A program made the translations under genes and the position numbers. A DNA stretch of 32,000 nucleotides from NCBI RefSeq assembly GCF_000014785.1, contig NC_008340.1:1380001-1412000 (forward strand), read 5' to 3'. Below the pieces are notes generated by a model that saw nothing but the letters and a program-made list of their open reading frames with translations, was not told the DNA's origin and ran no database searches. The DNA is from Alkalilimnicola ehrlichii MLHE-1 (GTDB taxonomy: Bacteria > Pseudomonadota > Gammaproteobacteria > Nitrococcales > Halorhodospiraceae). Below, one piece after another: positions 1 to 8,287 of the stretch (position 1 is the stretch's first letter; each line of letters begins with the position of its first letter).

Positions 1-666
1 CGGGACGGGGAGGATGAGCTCCGGGAGGAGCACTTTGAGTACCTGTTGGCCGCCACCGGCCGGCGTCCGAACGTGGACCGGTTGGATATCGGCAATGCCG
101 GGCTGGCGCTCGATGACCAGGGGCTGCCGGTCTTCGACCGCTATACCCTGCAGTGCGGCGACAGCAGCGTGTTCATCGCCGGTGACGCCAACAACCATCT
201 GCCTCTGCTCCACGAGGCGGCCGATGAGGGCGTCATTGCCGGGCGGAACGCGGCCCGCTTCCCGGAGGTGGCGCCGGGACATCGGCACTGCCCGCTGAGC
301 ATCGTCTTCACCGATCCGCAGATCGCGATGGTCGGCGATGCCCGTGCGGAGCTGGAAGAGGGCACCTATGCGGTGGGTGAACTGGATTTCAGCGCCCAGG
401 CTCGGGCCAGGGTGATGGGCGAGGACCATGGTCTGATGCGGGTCTACGGCCGCTACTCGGACGGCCGGTTCTTGGGGGCGGAGATCTTCACACCCCGGGC
501 GGAGCACATGGCCCATCTATTGGCCTGGTGCCGGGAACAGGGCCTGACCGTTGCCGAGATGATCGACAAGCCTTACTACCATCCGGTGCTTGAGGAGGGG
601 TTGCGCAACGCCCTGCAGATGCTTCAGAGCCGTCTGGAACAGGGCCGAGGCCAGGTCCGGCCCTGA
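1..666 (+). CDS. Dihydrolipoyl dehydrogenase / pyridine nucleotide-disulfide oxidoreductase, C-terminal part (5' truncated by window edge)
   Basis: Frame 1 is open from base 1 (RDGEDELREEHFEYLLAATGRRPNVDRL...). It contains the typical FAD/NAD oxidoreductase motif 'VFIAGDAN' and the dimerisation-domain sequences 'IVFTDPQIAMVG' and 'GAEIFTPRAEHMAHLLAW'. The listed ORF start at 46 is an internal TTG. Confidence 0.85.
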   Translation, partial: RDGEDELREEHFEYLLAATGRRPNVDRLDIGNAGLALDDQGLPVFDRYTLQCGDSSVFIAGDANNHLPLLHEAADEGVIAGRNAARFPEVAPGHRHCPLSIVFTDPQIAMVGDARAELEEGTYAVGELDFSAQARARVMGEDHGLMRVYGRYSDGRFLGAEIFTPRAEHMAHLLAWCREQGLTVAEMIDKPYYHPVLEEGLRNALQMLQSRLEQGRGQVRP

Positions 667-733
667 TGGGGCGCCGGCGACCGGCCATCGGCATGACCCC
701 CGCGCTGCGGGGGCGTCCGGTGGGTGGGGGGCG

Positions 734-1207
734 TCAGGCGAAGCCCGGCGGATTCCACTCGTCCATCATCTTGCGCCGCGCCGCATCCAGGCGCTCCGAC
801 ATCAGACTGGCGAAGTGTTTGAGGATGGCGTAGCCCAGCCTCGGGTCCTTCTCGCAGTGCTGGCGGATGACCTCGCCCTCGAACTCCACCAGCCGGGTCG
901 GTGCCTCGGCGCGTGCCTGGAAGGTCCATCGGTAGGGTGGGATCAGCCAGGACCAGCCCAGCACTTGGCCTGCCGTCAGGCTTTGTACCTCCAGTGTCGG
1001 CCCTTCAATGGCAGGGACCTCGATCACAATGTTGCCATCCTTGAGCAAATAAAAGTGACGGGCCGGATCGCCGTTGCTGAACAGCACCTCGTCCTTGTCC
1101 AGGGAGATCTCGCTGGCATGTTCGGCCAGCAGGTCCAGTACGGCATTGTCGAAATCGGAGAAGAAATCCTGATCGGCCAGGAATTGTTTGATCGCTGCTT
1201 TGGTCAC
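734..1207 (-). CDS. Cyclic nucleotide-binding (Crp/Fnr-type cNMP_binding) domain protein without an evident HTH domain
   Basis: 157-aa ORF with 'DKDEVLFSNGDPARHFYLLKDGNIVIEV' and 'LTAGQVLGWSWLIPP', typical of a cNMP-binding beta-roll. It ends before any recognisable DNA-binding domain. A GGAGG-like RBS lies upstream on the minus strand. Confidence 0.75.
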   Translation of the reverse strand: MTKAAIKQFLADQDFFSDFDNAVLDLLAEHASEISLDKDEVLFSNGDPARHFYLLKDGNIVIEVPAIEGPTLEVQSLTAGQVLGWSWLIPPYRWTFQARAEAPTRLVEFEGEVIRQHCEKDPRLGYAILKHFASLMSERLDAARRKMMDEWNPPGFA

Positions 1208-1475
1208 GGTGCTACCTCCTTGCCCGTCCGCCGCCGTTTGCGGTTATGGTTCGGGCCAGCCAGTGCCTTCTTATGATTCTTTAGAGCCCGCGGGCGACTT
1301 TGGTGTTCCCGCGGACCGACGTATTTTGTGCGGAGCACTGCCCCCAGCCTAGACTAAGCGGCGGGGCGTGTAACCCTGCACCGAGGCGGCAGATCAGCAC
1401 ACCGGCCCGACGCCCCGCGGGCGAAACGTAGGGTGGCTGCCGCCGGTGAGCGGCCGGTCAAACGGCGGGAGGCAG

Positions 1476-1784
1476 ATGATGAAAGTGACGGTGGATTTGT
1501 GCGTGATTCCCCTCGGGGCCGGGGTCTCTCTGGGCGGGTATATTGCCGCCTGTGAGCGGGTCCTGGAGGACGCCGGACTGAGCCACGAACTCCATCCCTA
1601 CGGCACCAATATCGAAGGCGAGTGGGACGCGGTCTTCGCCGCCGTCCGCCGTTGCCATGAGGTGGTGCACGACATGGGCGCCCCGCGGGTCTTTACCACC
1701 CTCAAAGTGGGCACCCGCACCGATCGGGACCAGTCCCTGCAGGACAAGGTGGCGAGTGTGCATCGCCATCTGGGCCAGGCATGA
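1476..1784 (+). CDS. MTH1187 family thiamine-binding protein (DUF77/YqgV-like)
   Basis: MMKVTVDLCVIPLGAGVSLGGYIAACERVLEDAGLSHELHPYGTNIEGEWDAV...; family pattern of about 100 aa with 'ELHPYGTNIEGEWD'. ATG at 1476/1479 follows a GGGAGG RBS, which is better than the ORF-track GTG at 1446. Confidence 0.85.
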   Translation: MMKVTVDLCVIPLGAGVSLGGYIAACERVLEDAGLSHELHPYGTNIEGEWDAVFAAVRRCHEVVHDMGAPRVFTTLKVGTRTDRDQSLQDKVASVHRHLGQA

Positions 1785-2188
1785 GGGTGTTCCGCACCCT
1801 TTTCCCCGCGGAAAGCCGGCGCCTGCCCGCTCAGCGTTGGGTCAACATCGGGCTGCGCTCTCTGCACCTGATGGGGACGGCCGGACTCGGCGGCGCCTAC
1901 CTCTATGAGGCGCCGCAGGCGGCCTGGTTGCCCTATTTCTGGCTGACCATGGTGTCCGGGGTGTTGATGGCGGCTATCCACATCTGGAACAACGGGATCT
2001 GGCTGATCCAGGTGCGCGGCCTGGCGATCATGGCCAAGGTGCTGCTGTTGTTGCTCATTGCATGGCTGGAGGGCGCGGATCTTGCGCTGTTTCTGTTGGT
2101 CATACTGATATCGGGTGTAATCGCCCATGCGCCGGGTGACCTGCGCTATTACTCGCCATGGTATGGAAAACGCATGGAGAAACTGTAG
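1781..2188 (+). CDS. Conserved integral membrane protein of unknown function
   Basis: ORF overlaps the preceding gene by 4 bp (ATGA) and encodes a mostly hydrophobic 135-aa protein with about 4 predicted TM segments. Confidence 0.7.
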   Translation: MRVFRTLFPAESRRLPAQRWVNIGLRSLHLMGTAGLGGAYLYEAPQAAWLPYFWLTMVSGVLMAAIHIWNNGIWLIQVRGLAIMAKVLLLLLIAWLEGADLALFLLVILISGVIAHAPGDLRYYSPWYGKRMEKL

Positions 2189-2496
2189 TCATAAGAGAAG
2201 CGCGTCACAAAATGAGTCGTCAGACACTTGCCTGCGGACAGTCATATGCCTACCCTGCGTTATTCGTCTGCGCGGCCGATTCCAAGTGAGGTCGTATATG
2301 TCCGGGTGGTGGCTGCCAAGCCGTTGATCCCAGGGCCATCTCTTTGCGGGCGTTGCGGGGGCCGAGGGCCCCGGGCGCCAAGTTCGACACCTGTTCCGGG
2401 TGCCGTTCCGGGTTTCTGGTAGGTCCAGTGCATGTCCGGCTGTAGGCGGGCAGGGCCGGGCCTTCGCCGGAGCCCGCGATATGTGGGAGGAAGATT

Positions 2497-3867
2497 ATGA
2501 GCCAAATGCTTCCGCTGCGTCCCGTCGATCGGGATGGAACCTTCGAAGCGCGTCGATTCCAGGTCTTTACGGCCCGCAACATGGACAAGATTCCGGGGCT
2601 GGACCGGATGCCAGAGGACGAGCGCTTCGCCATGCGGGTGGTGGCCAATGTGCTGCCCTTCCGGGTGAATGAGTACGTCATCAACGAACTTATTGACTGG
2701 GAGAAGGCGCCGGATGACCCCATCTACCAGCTGACCATCCCCCAGCGGGGCATGTTGGCTCCGGCGCTGTTCGACCGCATGGCCGATGTGCTGCGGCGGG
2801 ACGCGTCGCGTGAGGAGATCAACCGGGTGGCCTGGGAGATCCGCAACGAACTCAATCCCCACCCCGCGGGCCAGATGAAGCTGAATGTCCCCCAGCACGA
2901 CGGCGAGAAGCTGGAGGGCATGCAGCACAAGTACAACGAGACTGTGCTGTTCTTCCCCAGCCAGGGCCAGGTCTGCCACTCCTACTGCACCTTCTGTTTC
3001 CGTTGGGCGCAGTTTGTCGGCGATAAAGACCTGCAGTTCGCCTCCAACGAGGCGGAGCGGCTGCACGCCTATCTGCGCGACCACCGGGAGGTCAGCGACC
3101 TGCTCCTCACCGGCGGCGACCCCATGGTCATGAAGACCCGGAAGCTCGAGGAGTATCTCGACCCCCTGCTGGCGGCCGACCTGGAGCATGTGCAGACGGT
3201 GCGGCTGGGCACCAAGGCGCTGACCTTCTGGCCTTACCGCTTCGTCACTGACAAAGATGCCGACGATCTGCTGCGGCTGTTCGAGCGGCTGGTCAACAGT
3301 GGCCGGCACGTGGCGCTGATGGCCCACTACAACCACCCGCAGGAGCTCAAGACGCCGATTGCGGAGGAGGCCATCCGGCGTATCCGCGACACCGGCGTGG
3401 AGATCCGTGCCCAGGGGCCGCTGCTCGCGCACATCAATGACAGCAGTGAGGCCTGGGCGGAGCTTTGGCGCAAGCAGGTGCGGCTCGGCATCATCCCCTA
3501 TTACATGTTCGTGGAGCGCGACACCGGGGCCCGGCACTACTTCGAGGTGCCCCTGGCGCGGGCCTGGGAGATCTACCGCGACGCCATGAAGCAGGTCTCC
3601 GGGCTGGGACGCACCGCGCGAGGCCCGTCGATGAGCGCCGGCCCGGGCAAGGTGGAGGTGCAGGGCATTACCGAGGTCCAGGGCGAGAAGGTATTCGTGC
3701 TGCGCTTCATCCAGGGGCGCAACCCGGACTGGGTCCAGCGGCCCTTCTTTGCCAAGTTCGATCCCAACGCCACCTGGCTGGATCAGTTGCAACCGGCGTT
3801 CGGTGAAGATAAATTCTTCTTCCAGGATGAATATGACGCCATGCTGGCGTCGGTCGAATCCGACTGA
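2497..3867 (+). CDS. KamA family radical SAM / PLP aminomutase-like protein (lysine 2,3-aminomutase superfamily)
   Basis: Radical SAM cysteines C-x3-C-x2-C in 'CHSYCTFCFRW', 'LLLTGGDPMVM', 'VRLGTKAL', and a C-terminal 'SAGPGKVEVQG' that aligns with the PLP-lysine region. GGAGG RBS upstream of the ATG. Confidence 0.85.
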   Translation: MSQMLPLRPVDRDGTFEARRFQVFTARNMDKIPGLDRMPEDERFAMRVVANVLPFRVNEYVINELIDWEKAPDDPIYQLTIPQRGMLAPALFDRMADVLRRDASREEINRVAWEIRNELNPHPAGQMKLNVPQHDGEKLEGMQHKYNETVLFFPSQGQVCHSYCTFCFRWAQFVGDKDLQFASNEAERLHAYLRDHREVSDLLLTGGDPMVMKTRKLEEYLDPLLAADLEHVQTVRLGTKALTFWPYRFVTDKDADDLLRLFERLVNSGRHVALMAHYNHPQELKTPIAEEAIRRIRDTGVEIRAQGPLLAHINDSSEAWAELWRKQVRLGIIPYYMFVERDTGARHYFEVPLARAWEIYRDAMKQVSGLGRTARGPSMSAGPGKVEVQGITEVQGEKVFVLRFIQGRNPDWVQRPFFAKFDPNATWLDQLQPAFGEDKFFFQDEYDAMLASVESD

Positions 3868-3890
3868 CCCACCTGACCCACCCCCACCCC

Positions 3891-3914
3891 GGTCCCCCGC
3901 TCCTGCGGGGGACC
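3891..3914 (+). terminator. Candidate terminator hairpin after the kamA-like gene
   Basis: Perfect 10-bp stem GGTCCCCCGC-TCCT-GCGGGGGACC just downstream of the stop codon. Only a weak T-rich tail follows (TTCGGTTT). Confidence 0.5.
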
Positions 3915-3990
3915 TTCGGTTTGGGCCGGTGGTTGCCCGGCCTGAGCCTGGTGCAGGCCGGCTGCTGTAACCCCGTGAGGCAAGGCCCTG

Positions 3991-5115
3991 ATGCGTATCG
4001 GTCTCCAGCTCATCATTCTGTTCTTCCTTATGCTCGTCGGCGGCGCCGGTTGGTACGCGCTGATGCTCTCCGCGGCGGACGGGGAGGGCGACCAGCGGCC
4101 CTCGATGGCCGCGCCGGTTCAGATTGCCCCGGTGGAGCGCGATGAGGTGCTACGCACCGTGGAGTCGGTGGGGTCCACCCGGGCGCTGGAGTCAGTGACG
4201 GTGACCCCGGAGGTCTCCGGTCGCATCGCCACGATCCATTTTGCCGAGGGGGATCGCGTCGGTGAGGGCGATGTGCTGATCAGCCTGGATGATGCCCGCC
4301 ACCAGGCGCGGCTGGCGGAGGCGCTGGCCACCTATGACGACGCCCGGGCCCAGTACGCGCGCGCCGAGCGGTTGCTGGCCACCAACCACATCTCCCAGGC
4401 GGAGCTGGATCAACGGGAGGCGGCCATGAAGGTGGCCGGGGCCCAGGTGCAGGTCGCCCGTGCCGAGCTGCGTGACCGTCAGATTCGGGCACCCTTTGAC
4501 GGTGTGACCGGACTGCGCGGGGTCAGCGTGGGGGCCTACGTCACCACCGACACGGTGATCACCACCCTGGACGACCTGGAGCGCCTGCGGCTGGACTTCT
4601 CAGTACCGGAGCGTTTCCTGCCGACGCTGCAGGTGGGGATGCCCGTGCTGGCCTACAGCGACGGTTACGGCGGGGCCTTCGAGGGTGAGGTCCGGCGATT
4701 GGACAGCCGGGTGGATCCGGTGACCCGGACCTTGCGCCTGCAGGCGGAGTTGGACAACCGGGACAATCGGCTGCGTCCCGGCATGTTCATGAACGTCGAC
4801 CTGGTGCTGGAGCGGGAGCCGGACGCCCTGCTGGTGCCCGAGGAGGCCCTGCTGCTGGAAGGGCGGGGCAAGTACGTCTTTGTCCTCCAGCGTGGAGAGG
4901 GCGACGAGCCTGACCTGGTCCGGCGCCAGGCGGTGGAGACGGGCATCCGGCGGGGCGGCCGGGTCCAGGTTACCGACGGCCTGGCGGAGGGTGACTACGT
5001 GGTTCGGTCAGGGCTGCAGCGGCTGCGCGACGGCGCTGAAGTGCGTGTCCTGAACCCGCCCGAGGCGACCGAGGGCGAGGAGGTCGTCGCCGCGGCCGAC
5101 GGCGCCGAGGGCTGA
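3991..5115 (+). CDS. RND efflux transporter periplasmic adaptor subunit (HlyD/MFP family)
   Basis: N-terminal TM anchor, 'VTVTPEVSGRIATIHFAEGDRVGEGDVLISLDD' lipoyl half-motif, 'RQIRAPFDGVTGLRGVSVGAYVTTDTVI'. Located 6 bp upstream of the RND permease. Confidence 0.93.
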   Translation: MRIGLQLIILFFLMLVGGAGWYALMLSAADGEGDQRPSMAAPVQIAPVERDEVLRTVESVGSTRALESVTVTPEVSGRIATIHFAEGDRVGEGDVLISLDDARHQARLAEALATYDDARAQYARAERLLATNHISQAELDQREAAMKVAGAQVQVARAELRDRQIRAPFDGVTGLRGVSVGAYVTTDTVITTLDDLERLRLDFSVPERFLPTLQVGMPVLAYSDGYGGAFEGEVRRLDSRVDPVTRTLRLQAELDNRDNRLRPGMFMNVDLVLEREPDALLVPEEALLLEGRGKYVFVLQRGEGDEPDLVRRQAVETGIRRGGRVQVTDGLAEGDYVVRSGLQRLRDGAEVRVLNPPEATEGEEVVAAADGAEG

Positions 5116-5121
5116 GCCGTT

Positions 5122-8100
5122 ATGGTCCTTTCCGATATCTCCGTCAAACGCCCGGTACTGGCCACGGTGATCAGTCTGGTCATCGTGGTGCTGGGGGTGG
5201 CCTCGCTCAGCCAGCTACCGATCCGGGAATACCCGGACATCGACCCGCCCGTGGTGTCGGTCACCACCACCTATACCGGTGCCGCCCCCCAGGTCATTGA
5301 CACCGAGATCACCGAGGTGATCGAGTCGGCGGTCAGCGGTGTCGACGGTATCCGCACGATCACCTCCGAGAGCCGTGATGGCCGCGGCCAGACCACCATC
5401 GAGTTCCGCACCAGCCGTGATGTGGACAACGCCGCCAATGACGTCCGTGACGCCATCAACCGGACGTTGGACGACCTGCCCAATGAGGCGGACCAGCCGG
5501 TGGTGGCCAAGGCGGATGCCGACGCCCGGCCGATGATGTGGATCACCCTCAGCTCCGAGCGTTGGACGCCGGAGGAGGTCAGCGATTACGCGGAGCGCTT
5601 CCTGGTGGACCGCCTGTCGGTCCTCGATGGGGTCTCCGATATCTTTATCGGCGGTGAGCGGCGCTACGCCATGCGGGTGTGGCTGGACCGCCGTGCCATG
5701 GCGGCCCGCGGCATTACCGTGGCCGACGTGGAGAGCGCGCTGCGGGCGAATAACGTGGAACTGCCCGCGGGCCGGGTGGAGTCCCGGATGCGCGACCTCA
5801 CCGTGCGTACGGAGACCCGGCTGGCGGAGCCGGAGGAGTTCGCCAACCTGGTGATTCGGCGCACCGACGACTACCTGGTCCGCCTCGGCGAGGTGGCCCA
5901 GGTGGAGCGGGGCGTGGAGGACGACGACACCACCGTGCGCATGAACGACCAGACCGCCATCGGCCTGGGGATTCTGCGCCAGTCCCAGGCCAATACCATC
6001 GCCGTCTCCGACCGCGTGCAGGAGGAGATGGAGGCGATCCGCGCCTCGCTGCCCGAGGGTATGGCGATGGAGGTGGGCTACGATGAGTCCATCTTTGTGC
6101 GCGATTCCATCCGCGAGGTGGTGCGCACCCTGCTTATCGCCGTGGGTCTGGTGATTCTCACCATCTTCATCTTCCTGCGCAGTCTACGGGCCACCTTCAT
6201 CCCCTCGGTGACCATCCCGGTGGCGGTGATCGGGGCCTTCACCGTGATGGCGCCCCTGGGCTTTTCGGTCAACGTCCTGACGCTTTTGGCGCTGATCCTC
6301 GCCATCGGACTGGTGGTGGACGACGCCATTGTCATGCTGGAGAACATCCAGCGTCGGATCGACGAGGGGGAACCGCCTCTGTTGGCGGCCTATCGGGGTG
6401 CCCGCCAGGTGGCCTTCGCCATTATCGCTACCACCGTCACCCTGATCGCCGTCTTCGTGCCCCTGTCCTTTATGGAGGGCAACGTTGGCCGACTGTTCAC
6501 GGAGTTCGGGTTCGTGCTGGCCGCGGCCGTGGCCTTCTCGTCGCTGGTGGCGTTGACCCTAGCGCCCATGCTCTGCTCCAAGTGGTTACGCAGCGGCACC
6601 GAGAACCCCGGGCGGTTGAAACAGGCCACCGATCGACTGTTCCAGGGGCTGACCAACGGCTACCGTTGGGTCCTGGAGCGTTCGTTGAAGATGCCGGTGG
6701 TGGTGCTGGGGGTGGCCGCACTGTTCGCGGGGACCGCCATCACCCTGTTCCAGGCCCTGCCCCAGGAACTGACACCGACCGAGGACCGCGGGGTGTTCAT
6801 TGTGCCCGCCACCGGGCCCCAGGGCGCCACCAGCGAGGCGCTGGATGAGAGTCTGCGGGAACTCGAGGCGCTGCTGGCGCCCCTGCGCGACGAGACCGGT
6901 GAGGCCTTTCGCATCCTCTCCATCGGCGGGTTCCGCGGGGTCACCAACCGTGGTTTCGTCATCGTCGGGCTGACCCCCTGGGGGGATCGCGACCGCCGGC
7001 AGCAGGACATCGTCGCGGAGATGATGCCACAGATCATGGGCGTCCCCGGGGTGCGGGCCTTTGCCGTCAACCCGCCGGGGCTGGGGCAGAGCGGCTTCCA
7101 GCAACCGGTCCAGTTCGTGATCGGCGGGCCCGACTACGAGGATGTGGCCGAGTGGGGCGAGCGGGTCATGGCGCGCGTGCGCGAAGAGAACCCCCGGCTG
7201 GTCAATCTGGATATGGACTACGAGGAGACCCGGCCGCAGGTTCAGGTCCAGGTCAACCGCGCCCGCGCCTCGGACCTGGAGATCCCCATCGATGTGATCG
7301 GCGGGACGTTGCAGACCATGATGGCCTCGCGGGAGGTGACCACCTATCTCGATCGCGGGCGCGAGTACCAAGTGGTGTTGCAGGCGGGAGACGAGGCCCG
7401 GGCCAGCCCCGATGACCTCAGCCATATCTTCGTGCGGGCGGGGGTCAACGGGGAACTGATCTCGCTGTCCAGCCTGCTCACCCTGCGCGAGGAGGGCTCG
7501 CCGCCCACCCTCAACCGGGTGGGCCGGCTGCCGGCGGTCACCCTCACCGCCTCGTTGGCGGACGGCTACGATCTGGGCAGCGCGCTGGAGTACCTAAATC
7601 GGGTGGCGGCCGAGGAGTTGCCGCCGGAGTCCCGGATCAGCTACCTGGGACTGTCCGAGGAGTTCATGGAGACCTCCGGGGCGCTGGTGCTGACCTTCGC
7701 CCTGGCGTTGTTGATCGTCTTCCTGGTCCTGTCGGCCCAGTTCGAGAGCTTCATCCATCCGCTGATCATCCTGGTGGCGGTGCCGCTGGCGGTGACCGGG
7801 GCGCTGGCGGCATTGTTCGTCGGTGGCCTGACGCTGAATATCTATAGCCAGATCGGTATGATCCTGCTGATCGGGTTGATGGCGAAGAACGGGATCCTCA
7901 TCGTCGAGTTCGCCAACCAGATGCGGGATCGGGGGATGACCGTGCGCGAGGCCATCCTGGAGGGCGCCACCCTGCGTTTCCGGCCGGTGCTGATGACCGC
8001 CATTTCTACTATCTTCGGGGCCCTGCCGCTGGTGCTGGCTTTCGGCGCCGGCGCTGAAAGCCGGATGGCCATCGGTACGGTCATTATCGGTGGTATGAGC

Positions 8101-8232
8101 TTTGCCTCCCTGCTGACGCTGGTGGTCATCCCGGTGCTGTACGACCTGTTGGCGCGCTTCACCCGTCCGGTGAACGCCGTGGCGGAGGAGCTCAAGGCGC
8201 TGGGGGCGGAGGAGAGCGCCTACACCCGGTAA
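5122..8232 (+). CDS. Efflux RND transporter permease (AcrB/MexF-like HAE-1 family)
   Basis: 1036 aa; 'LSDISVKRPVLATVISLVIVVLGVASLSQLPIREYPDIDPP', 'GLVVDDAIVMLENI', 'GMILLIGLMAKNGILIVEFANQMRDRG'. Confidence 0.96.
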   Translation: MVLSDISVKRPVLATVISLVIVVLGVASLSQLPIREYPDIDPPVVSVTTTYTGAAPQVIDTEITEVIESAVSGVDGIRTITSESRDGRGQTTIEFRTSRDVDNAANDVRDAINRTLDDLPNEADQPVVAKADADARPMMWITLSSERWTPEEVSDYAERFLVDRLSVLDGVSDIFIGGERRYAMRVWLDRRAMAARGITVADVESALRANNVELPAGRVESRMRDLTVRTETRLAEPEEFANLVIRRTDDYLVRLGEVAQVERGVEDDDTTVRMNDQTAIGLGILRQSQANTIAVSDRVQEEMEAIRASLPEGMAMEVGYDESIFVRDSIREVVRTLLIAVGLVILTIFIFLRSLRATFIPSVTIPVAVIGAFTVMAPLGFSVNVLTLLALILAIGLVVDDAIVMLENIQRRIDEGEPPLLAAYRGARQVAFAIIATTVTLIAVFVPLSFMEGNVGRLFTEFGFVLAAAVAFSSLVALTLAPMLCSKWLRSGTENPGRLKQATDRLFQGLTNGYRWVLERSLKMPVVVLGVAALFAGTAITLFQALPQELTPTEDRGVFIVPATGPQGATSEALDESLRELEALLAPLRDETGEAFRILSIGGFRGVTNRGFVIVGLTPWGDRDRRQQDIVAEMMPQIMGVPGVRAFAVNPPGLGQSGFQQPVQFVIGGPDYEDVAEWGERVMARVREENPRLVNLDMDYEETRPQVQVQVNRARASDLEIPIDVIGGTLQTMMASREVTTYLDRGREYQVVLQAGDEARASPDDLSHIFVRAGVNGELISLSSLLTLREEGSPPTLNRVGRLPAVTLTASLADGYDLGSALEYLNRVAAEELPPESRISYLGLSEEFMETSGALVLTFALALLIVFLVLSAQFESFIHPLIILVAVPLAVTGALAALFVGGLTLNIYSQIGMILLIGLMAKNGILIVEFANQMRDRGMTVREAILEGATLRFRPVLMTAISTIFGALPLVLAFGAGAESRMAIGTVIIGGMSFASLLTLVVIPVLYDLLARFTRPVNAVAEELKALGAEESAYTR

Positions 8233-8287
8233 CCGCCGGTGCGGGGCAGCGGTCGACCGAGGGAGCTAAGGACGGAGGGGGAGGGCC

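Noticed and set aside
2189-2496. Possible small RNA or mobile remnant in the 308-bp gap before the KamA-like gene
   Set aside because: Only GC-rich short self-complementary stretches; no convincing promoter/terminator pair, tRNA-like structure or inverted terminal repeats.
2260-3792. 510-aa minus-strand ORF
   Set aside because: Shadow of the KamA-like gene with no family motif.
3991-8232. RND adaptor plus permease as a novel system
   Set aside because: Ordinary HAE-1 type efflux pair with standard motifs and gene order; no unusual domains seen.
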